NCBI GenBank assembly: GCA_964036045.1
Contig: OZ038379.1
Location: 6,758,001-6,822,000, forward strand
Origin: Eutreptiella sp. 'Long Island Sound 2002'
Lineage: Eukaryota; Protista; Euglenida
Length of the DNA stretch: 64,000 nucleotides
Direction of reading: 5' to 3'
The notes beneath the pieces were generated by a model, which saw only the letters and a program-made list of their open reading frames with translations, did no database searches and was not told the DNA's origin. Positions 1-11,649 of this stretch are shown here, piece after piece (within the stretch, counting starts at the first letter, position 1; each line of letters begins with the position of its first letter). Position numbers and translations under genes: made by a program.

Positions 1-1524
1 CTCTCTACCGTCGCTGTATACTGTTACTCTATACTGTCACTCTATATCGTCATTCTGTACCTGCATGCTCTGAAACATGCCCCCCCCCCCCCCCGCCCCC
101 CAACGATGTTTCCTGGCACATTACAGGTCGTGCATGGTTGCACACCGGGGTTTTGCTGGTTATTTGTTGCTAAGATGCACAGCACACAGTTTGTGTTTTC
201 CGCTGAGAAACATTGAACGCAAACACCCCCCCCATCCCCCTCCCCCCCTGCACAATAGCCAATGGAGCACTCTGATTGAACTTGCGTGTTTCACTGAATT
301 AATCATGCCTCACGCAAGTATGGCTTTTGTCTCAGCATGGCTGCCCCCTCTGACCGTTGTTTTGCCTGATTTTTGCTGTGCTTGCGCAATGGGGAGTGGG
401 TGTTGAGCAGAGGTGCAGGTTCACATTTGTTGTGCTTCTACCAATGAATGAGGGTGTGTGTCAAGACAGCAGTCTGCAGCACGAGCGGCAGCAAAGAATC
501 GGACGTTTGGAAAGGAGAGAGCCCCTAAAATTTTTGCCCACAACATCCGTCATATCTGTGGACATCTGTGGACAGTGCAGCCCTCTTCACCCATTTCACT
601 GCCTACACCTCTGGACTTAGCCTGGATGTGCCTGAGTATGCAAAGACCGATCAAATCGGCACTCAAGGCCCACACACTGCCGAGTGAAGGAGCCAGAAGA
701 GGTTTCCACGTCAGTGAACTGCCCATCAGCATGAAGGAGCGTGCTGTGCATGCGTTGTGGGACGTTGCCTGTCATGTTGAGACTACTGCACCAGCCTGAG
801 GCATTTTGTTGTGCTGGCCCACAAACTCGCCTCATGTGAGTGTGTGCTCTGGCGCTGTTTTTGTCCCTCTCTTGATTGCACCGTGAAAATTGCCAAGGGT
901 CGCAAGGAAGGATGACGTGCCATACCGCTACCCTGACAGTAACAGCAACACATTTGTCCCAAGTCCACGAACCTCACCCTTCTACCTCCCCCTTGTGAGA
1001 ACAACACCCTGCCAGAACAACAGGAGGTGTCGTTTCTGCAACTTTCGGAGGTGTTTTTTTTCTGCACCTGCACGTGTTCTGTAAATCAGCTTGAAGAGAG
1101 GTTGTTAGATCAAGCGCAGGCGCGGGCGTTGTACCCCCCTTTTGGGGGGTCATTCGCGTAGCATACCTCAAGGCATGATATTTGATGTCCAACCCCTTGT
1201 AAAATCATTATTTTGCCCAATAAGACGATCCCCCAATGGGTTTTTTGATTCTGCGGCCTCTATCCCCTGAAAATGGATATCACTTTTTTTTTGGAGGGGG
1301 GGGTGGGGGGGATGGGGAGAGGGGTCAAAAGTTTGTGCTCAGAAGGGTTTGAACGAGGGACAGATTGGGCAGAGCTGACAGGTCAGCCGGCGCCGCCGGC
1401 AGTGGTCGGCCTACAGGTCTGTGGTCGGCTGCATTACCATTTGACCAGTTGCTTGTTCTGACAGTTGCTACTCTCCCCACTGCTTGTATCCGAGTCTGCC
1501 ACCGAAAAAACCCAAACTGTGTGT

Positions 1525-1600
1525 TTCTGTCTGCCTGCCTGCTTGCCCAACTGACTGTCTGACTGACTGCTTGCCTGTTTAACTGACTGTTGGCTGACTG
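1525..1600. repeat. (CTGC/CTGA)n tetranucleotide microsatellite
   Basis: Run of ctgcctgcctgc...ctgactgtctgactgactg visible directly. Confidence 0.8.
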
Positions 1601-2199
1601 TCAGCGTCTCTTCGAGGTGCACTGCCGAAGGCAATAGAATTTGAATGGTGGTGGTGGCACTGCACTCGACAGAGAGCAGAAACATGCCTTCCCATAAAGC
1701 GCACACACCGCGCCTGAGCCTCACTTATGGCCGCGCCCTCAACAGGCGGGGCCTCCGCGTCCGTGCCCCCCGACAACCCGCTGCAACCCCTACGGTAGGC
1801 TCTGTGGATACCGGGGTTCATCGACCCGGTCATCGCACTCGTAGGAAACGTACTGGCCCCAAAGGCGACGGGCCCAGCCCGCCGAGCGCGCCACGGGGGC
1901 GTCGCAGCAACTGGGCGCATGGGCAAGGTGCCGCGGACCTGCCCATGCCCGCCACCGGCGAGCAGCAGGCGTATGTAGCGCCGGGGCGCAACAACAAGGA
2001 GCTCCTGCAAGTTGTGAAGCAGCTGCAAGTTGTGAAGGAGCTGGGAGCAGAGATTGTGGACCCAAGGGGGAACGTTAGTGCGCTGGGCGCGCGCCGGGCA
2101 TCTTTTGTGACCCGTGCCCCACCGGTGGCCTTCTAGGGGGTGCACTAAGGGGGCGCACTTAGCGCAGTGCAACTATTTGGGCGTCTGGCTGTACTAGAG

Positions 2200-2345
2200 A
2201 CCCATACTTTGAGATACTGGGAGCATCATGGTGACCCCTGGCATAGGCTTTGTTTTCTGATTTTGTCCCCTTTGTTGGGGACCCCCGAGAATGAAGGGGT
2301 GACGTAGCATTTCCGCCCTCTTTTGGACCCCAACCTTCCGGTGCT
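2200..2345 (-). repeat. Copy of a dispersed minisatellite-type repeat family (also at about 10.6-11.1 kb, 29.1-29.3 kb and 48.1-48.5 kb)
   Basis: Reverse complement shares caacaaaggggacaaaatcagaa and ggggtcccc blocks with the array at 48.1-48.5 kb. Confidence 0.6.
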
Positions 2346-2378
2346 ATTGAGGAAACCGGGACAATCTTTGTTACGCTT

Positions 2379-2591
2379 TTGTCACCCCCCCTATGGACCA
2401 TGGGAGCATGTCCTGCCTCATGTTTGGAAAGCAACTCGGCCGCCACGCAAGATGAGGCAGAGGATGAGGCAGAAGGGTGTGTGTTGTGTTGCCAGAAGCA
2501 CTCCACCGTCGCAGTTTGTGATGAGTGTAAGGAGCACTATTGTACTGAATGCATTGACACCCACACTTGTGGGACCAATGTTGTTCGTTAA
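2379..2591 (+). other. Acidic stretch plus B-box-like Cys/His finger, repeat-borne coding remnant (copy 1)
   Basis: QDEAEDEAEGCVLCCQKHSTVAVCDECKEHYCTECIDTHTCG. A homologous DNA copy lies inverted at about 60290-60480. Confidence 0.5.
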
Positions 2592-2929
2592 GTACAATAC
2601 AGATGACAGTTGGAGTTGTTGAATTCACAGATATTGCTTTATTATGCAATGTGCTTTGTAGGGAAGGTGTGCAGTGCAACATGGTCTACTTGGGGGGCTT
2701 CTCCATGAGAGGGTAAATCTGGGGCTGAAGTCGGGATAGTTAATAGAAAAGTAGCGCGCCAAGTGCACACCGGGCAAACATTCCCCCTCAGGGCCACGGC
2801 AACCAGAGAACGAGAGCAGACGGCTCATCGTAGGTTGGTGGCCCCCATCTGCGGAACAATGGGGCGCACAGCGGTGAGCACGGGCGGCAGCTGAGAAGCA
2901 AATCAACGGGCTGCGGGATGCGACCGGCT

Positions 2930-4590
2930 GCCTAGCGGAGGCGGGGCACTGCAGCCCGCCCATAGCAGCAACAAGCGGGCTGGTAGGTAGGTGGTGCCAA
3001 GCCGGCAAGCGGCGGTGGAGGAGGGCATTCCCCAAAATGTGATTGGGGAGGCAAAGGCATACGCCACAGGCACTTGGCACACGCTCCGGGGTGCCTATGT
3101 CTGGACGGCGCCATCCCGGTTCCCGCCACATCCTTTTGTGGCTATGCAACCGCGTTGGGTGGCTATGCAACCGCGTTGGGCGGCAGAGGACATTAAGTTG
3201 GCGTTGGAGTGGCACAACCTGCATGGGCACTTGATACGACGCTATGTAGAGCAGCAGGAAAGCGCCGAAAGGACGGCGCTAGTTCAGCGGGAGGGGGCTC
3301 GGCAGGCCCGGCACGCAGCAAGCAGCATGGCAGACGAGGGCTGTGGGAAGGGTGGACAAATGGCATTGAGGAGTATTCCATGACTGGCGTAGATGTTGAG
3401 GACAACACCGTTGTCAACAATGTCGTAGAAGTTCTGTATGAAGTAGTGGGACCTAAGACAGGAAGGTCCAACACACTATAAGGGCTCACAACGCAATCAC
3501 ATTGCACCCCACAAATGTCCAAAGGACGCAGACTCAAGCTCGGCATTAACTGTGCGCCAAGTCCGAGCCTTAGGGACTCGGGCCACCAGCACATGAGCCA
3601 CAGCTTGAAGATAGTCTCGGGACGGCTCCCACGCCCCCCATGTTCGCACTCCAACTCGTCCTGGTGAGTCTTCCCAGTAGAGCCCGGCTGGATGGCCTGC
3701 CGTCCCCGCATTGGCATCCAGCTCCAATACTCGGTTAGCGGCCCCGTGGGGGCCATCAGGACCGTGTACCAAGTCATGCGCGCAGGGATTGCCACACCTT
3801 CATCTTCTCTACTCCAGGGGCGGCAACAGACACCTGCAACGCGCCCGCTCGCCCTAAGGGCCTTGCTCGCCGCCTCCAAAGGGAGAGGCAACCATACCTC
3901 CAAGCGGTGCCCTGCGCGTTCGCCCACAGCCATATGCGGCTGCACAATCACGTCGGGAGCTGGAACCCTTTTGAGATGGCTCTAGGCCTCGCGTTTGGCC
4001 CATTGCATGCACTTGTGCTCGTGCCCCCCCCCCCCCCCCGTCCCTTGCCGAGAGAAGCATGGCTTGGTCAAGCAAAGCCGTGGTGCACCTGAGGTTGCCA
4101 ATCTCCAGCGCCAGCGGCTGCAGCTCCTCATCCCGCTCATTGTCCAACATGGCGTCCTCCGGCGTGGCATCTTCAAGCTTACGTGCCCACGTGGCCATGA
4201 GCATTGACCCGCGGGGCTAGATTGACGGCCCTTTGCTCTGCTATCTCCTAGGGCTTGCGCTTGACTGTGACAACGCACTGGAGTCTACAGCCTGCAATCT
4301 CAAGGTCCATACGCCGGGATGTGAGCGCCCGCATGGCAGTATCTGCCATGGCCTTGCTGGACACACCGTAGTTGACCAACAGCACCGTCTTGACATTTGT
4401 GACCGGTTCCTGTTGCTCTAGGTTGTCCTCAGCACTCGCATGCGCCTCTGCCAGGGACAGGCCCACCAGCGCGGCCCGTTGCAGAGCCGCCAGGTTGTCG
4501 GCAACCGGCCACTCCGATGGTGGCTTCCTAGGCGTGATCCGCCGCAACCGCCCTGGTGTAGCTCCTTGTAGTCCTCCTCGGTGCATGCTC
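2930..4590 (-). pseudogene. Possible decayed non-LTR retrotransposon 3' region
   Basis: Broken coding-like frames on the minus strand. A frameshift-joined CGVC...NHIL-GECP resembles the CCHC knuckle at LINE C-termini. No RT core recognised. Confidence 0.3.
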
Positions 4591-4619
4591 ACGCCGCCTA
4601 TACCGTGGTGGTACCTAGG

Positions 4620-5200
4620 ATGAGTGCGAGGAGCGTGGAGGCGATGGGCTGGTATTCATCCACCTTCATGTGTTGTTCCATGTCGTAGTAAACCCAATTG
4701 GCACATCCTAGAACGGGGCACTTGATTGGCTCGTTGTCTACGAACATTTTACACAATGCCATATCATGCTTCACAAACCATCTGTGGGCACAAAATGCAT
4801 TAATGGGCTGAAATTGTGCTTTGGCAGTTGTCACCTTGTTCACTACAATAGCGACACAACTCGGAGCCCGGTGGGTCACATCCCACCCCCACTGGAAATT
4901 TGATGCCCCTCCCTCGGAGCAAGAAGTGTGGCAGCGCTCCCCAGGCAAGCAACGCGCTTTAGAGGTAGGCGAAACGGCCAACAGTGTACAATGCAGATGT
5001 AACCCAAAGGTAGCACCCACTGCCAAAAGGCACAAGGACTAGAAAACAAGTAAAAAAAACTCTGCGAGTCAAAATTGCAACGGGAGGCAATGGCGAAAAC
5101 CGACGAGGCCGAAGAGGATACATGGCCGCGCGCAAGCAACCAAGACGCCGAGCATGATGTGGCAACACGCCCCTCGCTACCATCAAGATCCCCCTCCTCC
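4620..5200 (-). pseudogene. Decayed Cys-rich, probably transposon-derived, coding remnant
   Basis: Pieces ELCRYCSEQGDNC and DNEPIKCPVLGCANWVYYDMEQH lie in adjacent frames separated by stops and frameshifts. Confidence 0.35.
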
Positions 5201-5976
5201 ACTTCACCAGCGTCCTTCGCCTAGTCCGATACGTGCAAGCAACCCCCTTTGTTGTGGGTGTAGTGGTAGTAGGTGTAGTAGTAGCAGTTCTTGTTTCCGT
5301 CACTTTCAGTGCTTTTACCGTTGCTTTCTGCCAAGATGTAGCTGGTGCAAATTATGATCCAAGTGGAGGATCACAACCCTCAAATTTTGATGAAGAGAAA
5401 GAGGATAGTAGTTCGCGGACCTATGATGCCTCGTCCAACTCAAGCTGCAGCACGTCCTCATCATCTAGCTCCTCGTAAATGCTCGTCAGTGAGGTTGCTC
5501 CGGTCGGACATCAAAGAAAAAAAGCACGACAAAGAAGTTTAGTGGGGTCTCATAAATTTTTGCCAGTCATCTCCTGACGGACCACTGTTAGGTTTGCCTT
5601 ATGGCGTGGCAGTCGCCTACCGCACTAGAGAGCCCTCTTGTACATGCTTATGGGCTGTGGGTCTGCGCCCCGTGCCCTGCATTGCAAGGATCCACCGTAT
5701 CATATGCTGAAGTGAGGCCCACTGACCAAGAACTATCTTGAGAACTCTTCGAACTTTTGGAGTCAACCAAGAAAAAAGAAAAAGTGCACGACAAAGAAGG
5801 CCTACTCGGCTTACCGTAAGACACGGACACTGTGAAGACACACCTCAAAAGAAGGCCAAGGCCATGCATACTTGAACATATGTGAGGCGACGATCCCAGC
5901 TTGAGGGGCTGTGGGGAGCATTGAAAACCTCGTGTTCGACCAAGGCCATGTAATTTGGATGGGATTCCCACAAAAA

Positions 5977-6100
5977 TGTTGTGAACCAATTTGGATCTTC
6001 ATTGTGTGAACCGGCTTGGATATCCATTGTGTCAACCGGCTGGGATCTCTATTGTGTGAACGGGCTTGCATCTCCAATGCGTGAACTAGCTTGGATCTCC
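5977..6100. repeat. Degenerate tandem repeat, about 25-bp unit (attgtgtgaaccggcttggatctcc), about 5 copies
   Basis: Repeated tgtgaacc..cttggat.tcc units seen directly. Confidence 0.65.
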
Positions 6101-6641
6101 AAGTTAGATCACTGGGTCATTTTGGAGCAGGTGCCATATATTGGCACCAAGGCTGTGCCGTGTACATGGTATGATAGTGTAAAGTGAAACAGCTTGGTGG
6201 GAAGATGGGCATCGTGGCAGGCTCTAATTAACTGCTATTCAAGTCGCTATTCAAATTCAAAATAAACGCGTTTATGCGTTTATTTTTCAAAAAACGCCCG
6301 TTTTGGGGCGAGAATCGCTGTTTATCGATGTTTATTGATGTTTATTGGTGTTTTCACATATTGTTGCATGCATTGGGGAAGGTTTTGGGTTGCCTTGTTG
6401 TGCCATTCGCTTGCAAGTTGTCATTTCCGGTAGGTGTCATTTAAATTTAAATAATCATAAACGCCATCTTCGCTTACAACAAAGAGGTCAGGGAAATGTG
6501 CCTCTTGACACTTTGTGACGGATTGCATTTGTACATCCACATTAGAACAACAGGCTTCAACACAAAATAAACAAAGTTCTCGCTTCTAATTCACCGCATG
6601 TCCGTACGCATTACCATAAATAGATAGACAAAGCCTGAACT

Positions 6642-7349
6642 TTGCTGTTTCCTGTGTTTGTCCAATGTGCCAGAAGAATTATCATCTCCCGTCTTCTTGT
6701 TTGTTTACCCTTCAGACCCTCTTTTCCTATTTCGCATCTCGGGATGGGTGGTGATGTATGGATGCGCCGCCTCGGTCCGGTCGCTCCCGAGGGTGCCGAT
6801 TGGATGCATTTCAGCAATGCCGCGGCTGCCCTCCGGTACCTACACTCCCCCGACGGTGGGTCATTGACGAAGTTGGCCCACATCCAAGTCATGCGCGCCG
6901 CCAAGTCGGATGGCACGCGCGATGGCTGGGCCTTCACCCTCAAGAAGCCGGCGTCTAGTTCAGGCGCATCGGCTGCCCCACCTCCGTCGTCCTCACGTGC
7001 CACCCCCTCCCTAAGTCCTTTTCTTCTTGTTCCGGTAAGGTGTGCATGTTGTGGTGCAAACATTTGTGGCACCAAGTATTCTTGTCAGAGGTGCCACAAG
7101 GTGGTTGATGAGGCGTGCATGACCATGGTTGGATCAACCGTGCATTGCTTCTCGTGCACCTGCCGTGCCTGTGGACAGGAAGTGTCCACGCCTGATGTGG
7201 AATGCCACACGTGTCATTTCCGCGTATGTCCAGGGTGCACCACAGATGGTATTTGCACCTCCTGTGTTGAGAGGTGCCGGCCGTCTGACCCCCCTCCCCC
7301 AAGAAACGGCAGTTCAGAAGGGAGTGGCTTCTTACCCGGTCTTGGCTAA
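6642..7349 (+). CDS. hAT ORF1: NUMOD1/IENR1-like HTH segment plus tandem Cys-rich zinc-finger region; probably the N-terminus of the transposase, split off by a frameshift
   Basis: HFSNAAAALRYL...GWAF segment, then multiple CxxC pairs (CACC, CQRC, CFSC, CRAC, CHTC, CPGC, CTSC). Overlaps the upstream extension of the transposase frame at the C-run 7289-7300. Confidence 0.6.
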   Translation: MLFPVFVQCARRIIISRLLVCLPFRPSFPISHLGMGGDVWMRRLGPVAPEGADWMHFSNAAAALRYLHSPDGGSLTKLAHIQVMRAAKSDGTRDGWAFTLKKPASSSGASAAPPPSSSRATPSLSPFLLVPVRCACCGANICGTKYSCQRCHKVVDEACMTMVGSTVHCFSCTCRACGQEVSTPDVECHTCHFRVCPGCTTDGICTSCVERCRPSDPPPPRNGSSEGSGFLPGLG

Positions 7350-8974
7350 GGTATGAGGCTACTACGGACAAGATGTGGTGCATTGCATGTAAACAGTATC
7401 CTCAACTTGGCCACTCTGTTCCCTTCGTGCAAGGTACTTCAAACTTCATGTTGTGCACCCTTAAGCATCACCAGCGGTCGGGCTCACACGCTGTGTCCTT
7501 GGCCTTGTGGCAATCAGGTGGTCGGGTGACGTCGGTCATTAAAACCTTGCCCCCTCATGTGCTACAGGGCATCCTGGTCCTATTCAGGACCGTGTACAGG
7601 ATTGTGCACCGCGCTGGTCCCCTCAGTCATGTGGAAGGGGATGCCGAGCTCGTGTCACTCAATGGAGGCACAATTATCCCAAGTTATCGTTCACCCTTCT
7701 CGGCTAGGGAGGTGCTGCGCTTTATTTCCCAACCATTTCGCATTTCCCAGGGTCTAGTAATCAAGGAGTCTTCTTTTTTCTCCATCGCATCAGACTCGTG
7801 CACAGACCGCGCAGCAAAGAAAGAAGAGCTTTTTTATGTTCGTGCCGTCGTTGATGGAGTGATGGCTACCAATTATTTCTCTTGCCAACCCCTCCCCTCC
7901 GGCACCGCTCCAGGAATAGTTACTGCATTGAAACGGGCAATGGCCCATGCAGACGTGGATCTTGATGTTTGGATCCGTAAGCTCTTTTTCTACTGTGGGG
8001 ATGGGGCCAGTGTGGTTCAGGGCGAATGTGGTGGGATTATCCGCATCATCGGCGACTTGCAGAAGGAGATCGCAGGCTATGATGTGGTGGTGCCATATCA
8101 CGCATCGTGTCACAGATGCGAGCTGGCCTTTAAGGCCGCCATCGCCTCCGACCATGCGTTTCTTGATCTACTTGCTGACACGTTGCAGTGTGTTGCGCTG
8201 TTTTGGAATAATGCTCCCTCTAGGCTCAAGACATTGCATGCATTGGCTCTCGCCCTCGATGCCGCATTCTTGAAATTAGGGGATCTGCACACTCGTCGCT
8301 GGTGTGCTTTTGCAGCAGATGCCTTGCGCCGTATGAAGCGGTGCTATGTGATTGTTGTCCTTGGTTTGCGTGAGGTACACCTGAGCAAGGCAGTCCACAA
8401 AGAACAAAGAGATGCTTTGCTTTTTGCACTCACGAACGAGGTGTTTCTATGTGGTCTGTTTTTTATGCTGGATGTTGTGCAGGCTTCAGCCCTAATGTCC
8501 CAGGGAATCCAGGTGACGAAGAGGTGCTCTGCTCTGATTGATCACAGTGTGGAGGCATGCGTTGCTGAGTTGGACAAAGTAGCGCGATGGGAAGGTGATG
8601 AGTGGCTAGCATTCAATGCCGCTCTGGTTTCTCACGAGGGCTCCCATACACGGTTTTATGGTGTCCCCCTGCACAACAGCACCGGGCGCACAGAATTCAT
8701 GTCGCAGGCAAGTGATTTTGTGGCGAGGGCACGTGATGAGTTGTGCTTCTCAGGCCCCCCGGCGAGTCAATGCGTGGCACCAGAGGACAACGTTATCAAT
8801 GTGGACGATGACGAACAAGACGAGGAGGAGAACGAGAGGGACGAGGGTGGTGAAGGGGAGGAGGGGCAGGAGGAAGAGGAGGGTGAGGGGGAGAGGCGCT
8901 TCTGCCTCGGGCAGGAGCACGACAGCAGGGCTGTCAGGGAGCGGGAGGGGAGTGAGTGGCCACCGGACTTCTAA
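7298..8974 (+). CDS. hAT transposase (ZNF862/KIAA1586-like), C-terminal dimerization domain missing
   Basis: Frame extends upstream of the track ORF as PKKRQFRREWLLTRSWLRY...MWCIAC...HQRSGSH (TTF-type finger). Catalytic-like FSIASDSCTD and CGDGASVVQG, CHRCEL (CxxH region), TRRW. Ends in an acidic tail with no ER(S/C)FS motif. Confidence 0.85.
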   Translation, partial: PKKRQFRREWLLTRSWLRYEATTDKMWCIACKQYPQLGHSVPFVQGTSNFMLCTLKHHQRSGSHAVSLALWQSGGRVTSVIKTLPPHVLQGILVLFRTVYRIVHRAGPLSHVEGDAELVSLNGGTIIPSYRSPFSAREVLRFISQPFRISQGLVIKESSFFSIASDSCTDRAAKKEELFYVRAVVDGVMATNYFSCQPLPSGTAPGIVTALKRAMAHADVDLDVWIRKLFFYCGDGASVVQGECGGIIRIIGDLQKEIAGYDVVVPYHASCHRCELAFKAAIASDHAFLDLLADTLQCVALFWNNAPSRLKTLHALALALDAAFLKLGDLHTRRWCAFAADALRRMKRCYVIVVLGLREVHLSKAVHKEQRDALLFALTNEVFLCGLFFMLDVVQASALMSQGIQVTKRCSALIDHSVEACVAELDKVARWEGDEWLAFNAALVSHEGSHTRFYGVPLHNSTGRTEFMSQASDFVARARDELCFSGPPASQCVAPEDNVINVDDDEQDEEENERDEGGEGEEGQEEEEGEGERRFCLGQEHDSRAVREREGSEWPPDF

Positions 8975-9164
8975 AGCAACTGCAGTGGGGCAGTGGAGCC
9001 CGCGCACATAAACAAATACAAAGATGTTCCGCATGTTTATGTTGTGCTCTTGTTTCATGTGCAGGGTATGGATTACAGGAAGGGATGAGCCAATATTATT
9101 ATTCAGATGCAAGCGCAAACAGCGGGGGAAAAAAAAACAAGGCACAGCGGAACAATCATTTCAG

Positions 9165-9245
9165 TTGAATGAAGGTCCCAAAAATAAACATTTGAATGAA
9201 GGTCCCAAAATTAAACATTTGAATGAAGGTCCCATAAATAAACAA
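9165..9245. repeat. Subterminal 27-bp tandem repeat x3 in the hAT element
   Basis: ttgaatgaaggtccca..aataaacat starts at 9165, 9192 and 9219. Confidence 0.85.
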
Positions 9246-10589
9246 GGATTGGGAGCATCCAAAAATAAACAGCATGGGATTTGTTTTGTACCAAAGTTGA
9301 AGGCATACAGACATATCTAAACATGTAGTAGAGAATTATACAGACCTCAATGGTACCAGCCACATGGAACAAAGTTGTGTCCTATGAACCTGCAATGAAA
9401 GGAATGGGTATAAGGAGGCAAGCAGCTGCAGAATGATCATTTTTGCAAACAATTTGTTTAAAAAAAACGGTAAAAAAACAACCAATTTTCACCAAAATAA
9501 ACAAGTTACTAGTCACTAGTCAAATGGCCTTTGGATAGTGTTTAATTAGAGCTTGCATCGTGGGGTCCACAACGGACATGGGGCACCCATTGAACGGCCA
9601 AGACGAGCCATCCGAACCACATGAGGTCCATCAACTAGCGCTGTAAGGCAATGGACACGTACATAGTGGCAGAGAAATTGGAGCAGCCGGGTGGGAAGAT
9701 TGATGCCGTGGGGTCCACAATAGACATGGGGCACCTATTGAACGGCCACGACGGGATTGTACCCACGCGGGGTCCACTAGTTGCTTGCCCGGGTTCTCGC
9801 CCCTGTGCATGGGGCCGACAAGAGACCCGGGTGGGGCGCTGCAACACGATACGTAGCTAAGAGTACTCAGGGGGTTTTGTAACCCTTAACGTTAATGCCA
9901 CCCAACACACATAATCATGGTGTTCCCATCCATGGCATGACATGACTTTGGCACTAGTTGGCAGTCCTAATGGGCTATCCAAGGTACTAGCCCATCTCCT
10001 ACATGCCATTTGTGACATGTAGCTATCGGTGGCCCCTTTTCCATAGCATGCATTGCAGCACAAGTTCACGATTGAGCGAACAACATGCATTGCTGACGTG
10101 GGAATGATGATGTGTGACATGGGAAGAAAAAAAATTTTTTGTAGGACCAACTTTTTTTTGTACCCCCCCCCCGCTCCCCTAGGGCTTCGAAAAAATATCC
10201 CACCCGGTAAAAAATCCCCCCCCCCCCAGCTGTCCGCACCACCTTTGTTTCCCATGTACTTGGTCCACACCACTTTATGGTGCACGCCTTTAATGCACAA
10301 TTGGCATAATGTGGACTTAGCAAGCATTGCTTTTGAGTGCAAACAAAATAAAATTGTGGCGGTGTTGCAAAGCACCGCAAGCACAAAAAGAACAAACAAA
10401 TGTGATACCAATGAGACATGCGTAGATAGCGGGTGTGACTCAAGAAGGCAAACGGCCCTCCATCCAATTCAATCCTATTGAATTGAAAGGTAGAGTCTAG
10501 CAGCCTTGTAAGAGTTCCCCAACACCAGTACCATGCTGTGCCGGCATAGCCTTGTGCCACAAAGCCCCTACTGTGTTGGGGTGTTTATG

Positions 10590-11100
10590 GCAGGGAGGGA
10601 TCACAAAGATCAAGAGTGGTAGCATAACTACTGCCAGCTTGGGGTCCCCAAGATGCAGAGGAATCAAACGTGGCTCCAAAACCTGTCCCATCTCAAGGTC
10701 CATAGATGGGGAAGAATCACAAGTGGTTGCATAACCCCTGCTGTACATAACCCTTGCCGTCTTGGGGTCCCTAGACTGGGGAGAAATCACAAGTGGCTAC
10801 ATATCTCTTGCTATCTAGGAGTCCCTAGAATGAGGAAAAATCAAAAGTGGTTGCAGAACTGCTGCTGTTTCTGAGTCCCTAAATTAGGCAGGAATCAAAG
10901 AGACATGACCCTTGCCGTCTCGAGGTCCCCAAAATGGGGGGAAATCAACAGTGGTGGCAGACCCCCAACTTTCTCCGGGTCCAAAGAGCCTTCATATCTG
11001 CTGCCGTCCTAGGATCCCCAAAGTGGGCTGGAATCAAAAGTGGCTACATAACCCCTGCTGTCTTGGAGTCCCCGAGATGGGGAGAAATGAAAAGTTGCTG
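10590..11100 (+). repeat. Degenerate minisatellite array, about 55-60-bp unit (aatcaaaagtggctacataacccctgctgtcttggagtcccc)
   Basis: About 8 diverged copies visible. Same family as the 48.1-48.5 kb and 29.1-29.3 kb tracts. Confidence 0.75.
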
Positions 11101-11360
11101 CATAGATCAGCTGTTTCGTACTCAGTTCGGGGTGTGACAGTCGTGGATATTACTGAGTGGCACGTACGGCGGAACCATTCCTCACAAAACTGAGTTTCTT
11201 GCAGGCACTGGTCGAAATTCAGTCTTGAGTGTACCGGAAAAAAACAAGTGAGGCGTCAAACAACAATCATGCCGGATGCTAGTAGGCTTCGTTCTGCTAG
11301 AACGTATCCAGAGCGTGAATTCGTTGTCAGCCAAGCGCACAGTGTGCAACTCTGCAAGGC

Positions 11361-11460
11361 ATGTCTGCTGGGGCGGTGCCTGTTGACCAACACCAGTGCA
11401 TCGCTCACCCCTCATATCATAGTGCCCCCTTGAGATCCCAGCGCGCAGCCCAGGGCATTT
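11361..11460 (+). CDS. FKBP-type PPIase gene, putative exon 1 (leader; true 5' end uncertain)
   Basis: ATG at 11361 and GT donor at 11461 in phase 1, compatible with the AG acceptor at 11648-11649. A further AG at 11329-11330 suggests the exon may start earlier. Confidence 0.45.
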
Positions 11461-11649
11461 GTTAGTGAACGATTTCTGGAAGAAAAAAAAAACAACGCCG
11501 ACCTCCAACCGCTATCGGGTACCTTCTTACTGCTATTGGATACCCCTGTCCAATTGTGTACCTAATGAGGCGGTGACTGGATCGCCTGATTTGATGTTGT
11601 TTCGATGAAAAAGCGTCCTGTACAGCCCCCTCTGCTTTGTTTGTCGCAG

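Larger units (their letters stand above)
6218..9555 (+). mobile_element. hAT-superfamily DNA transposon (ZNF862-like transposase), probably non-autonomous now
   Basis: TIRs CAGGCTCTAATTAA (6218-6231) and TTAATTAGAGCTTG (9542-9555), 13/14 match. Perfect 8-bp TSD CATCGTGG at 6210-6217 and 9556-9563. Internal transposase ORF. Confidence 0.93.

Noticed and set aside
10590-11100. Possible CRISPR-like array (also 48090-48480 and 40232-40370)
   Set aside because: Units are degenerate tandem copies without constant repeats and unique spacers; no cas genes; eukaryotic context.
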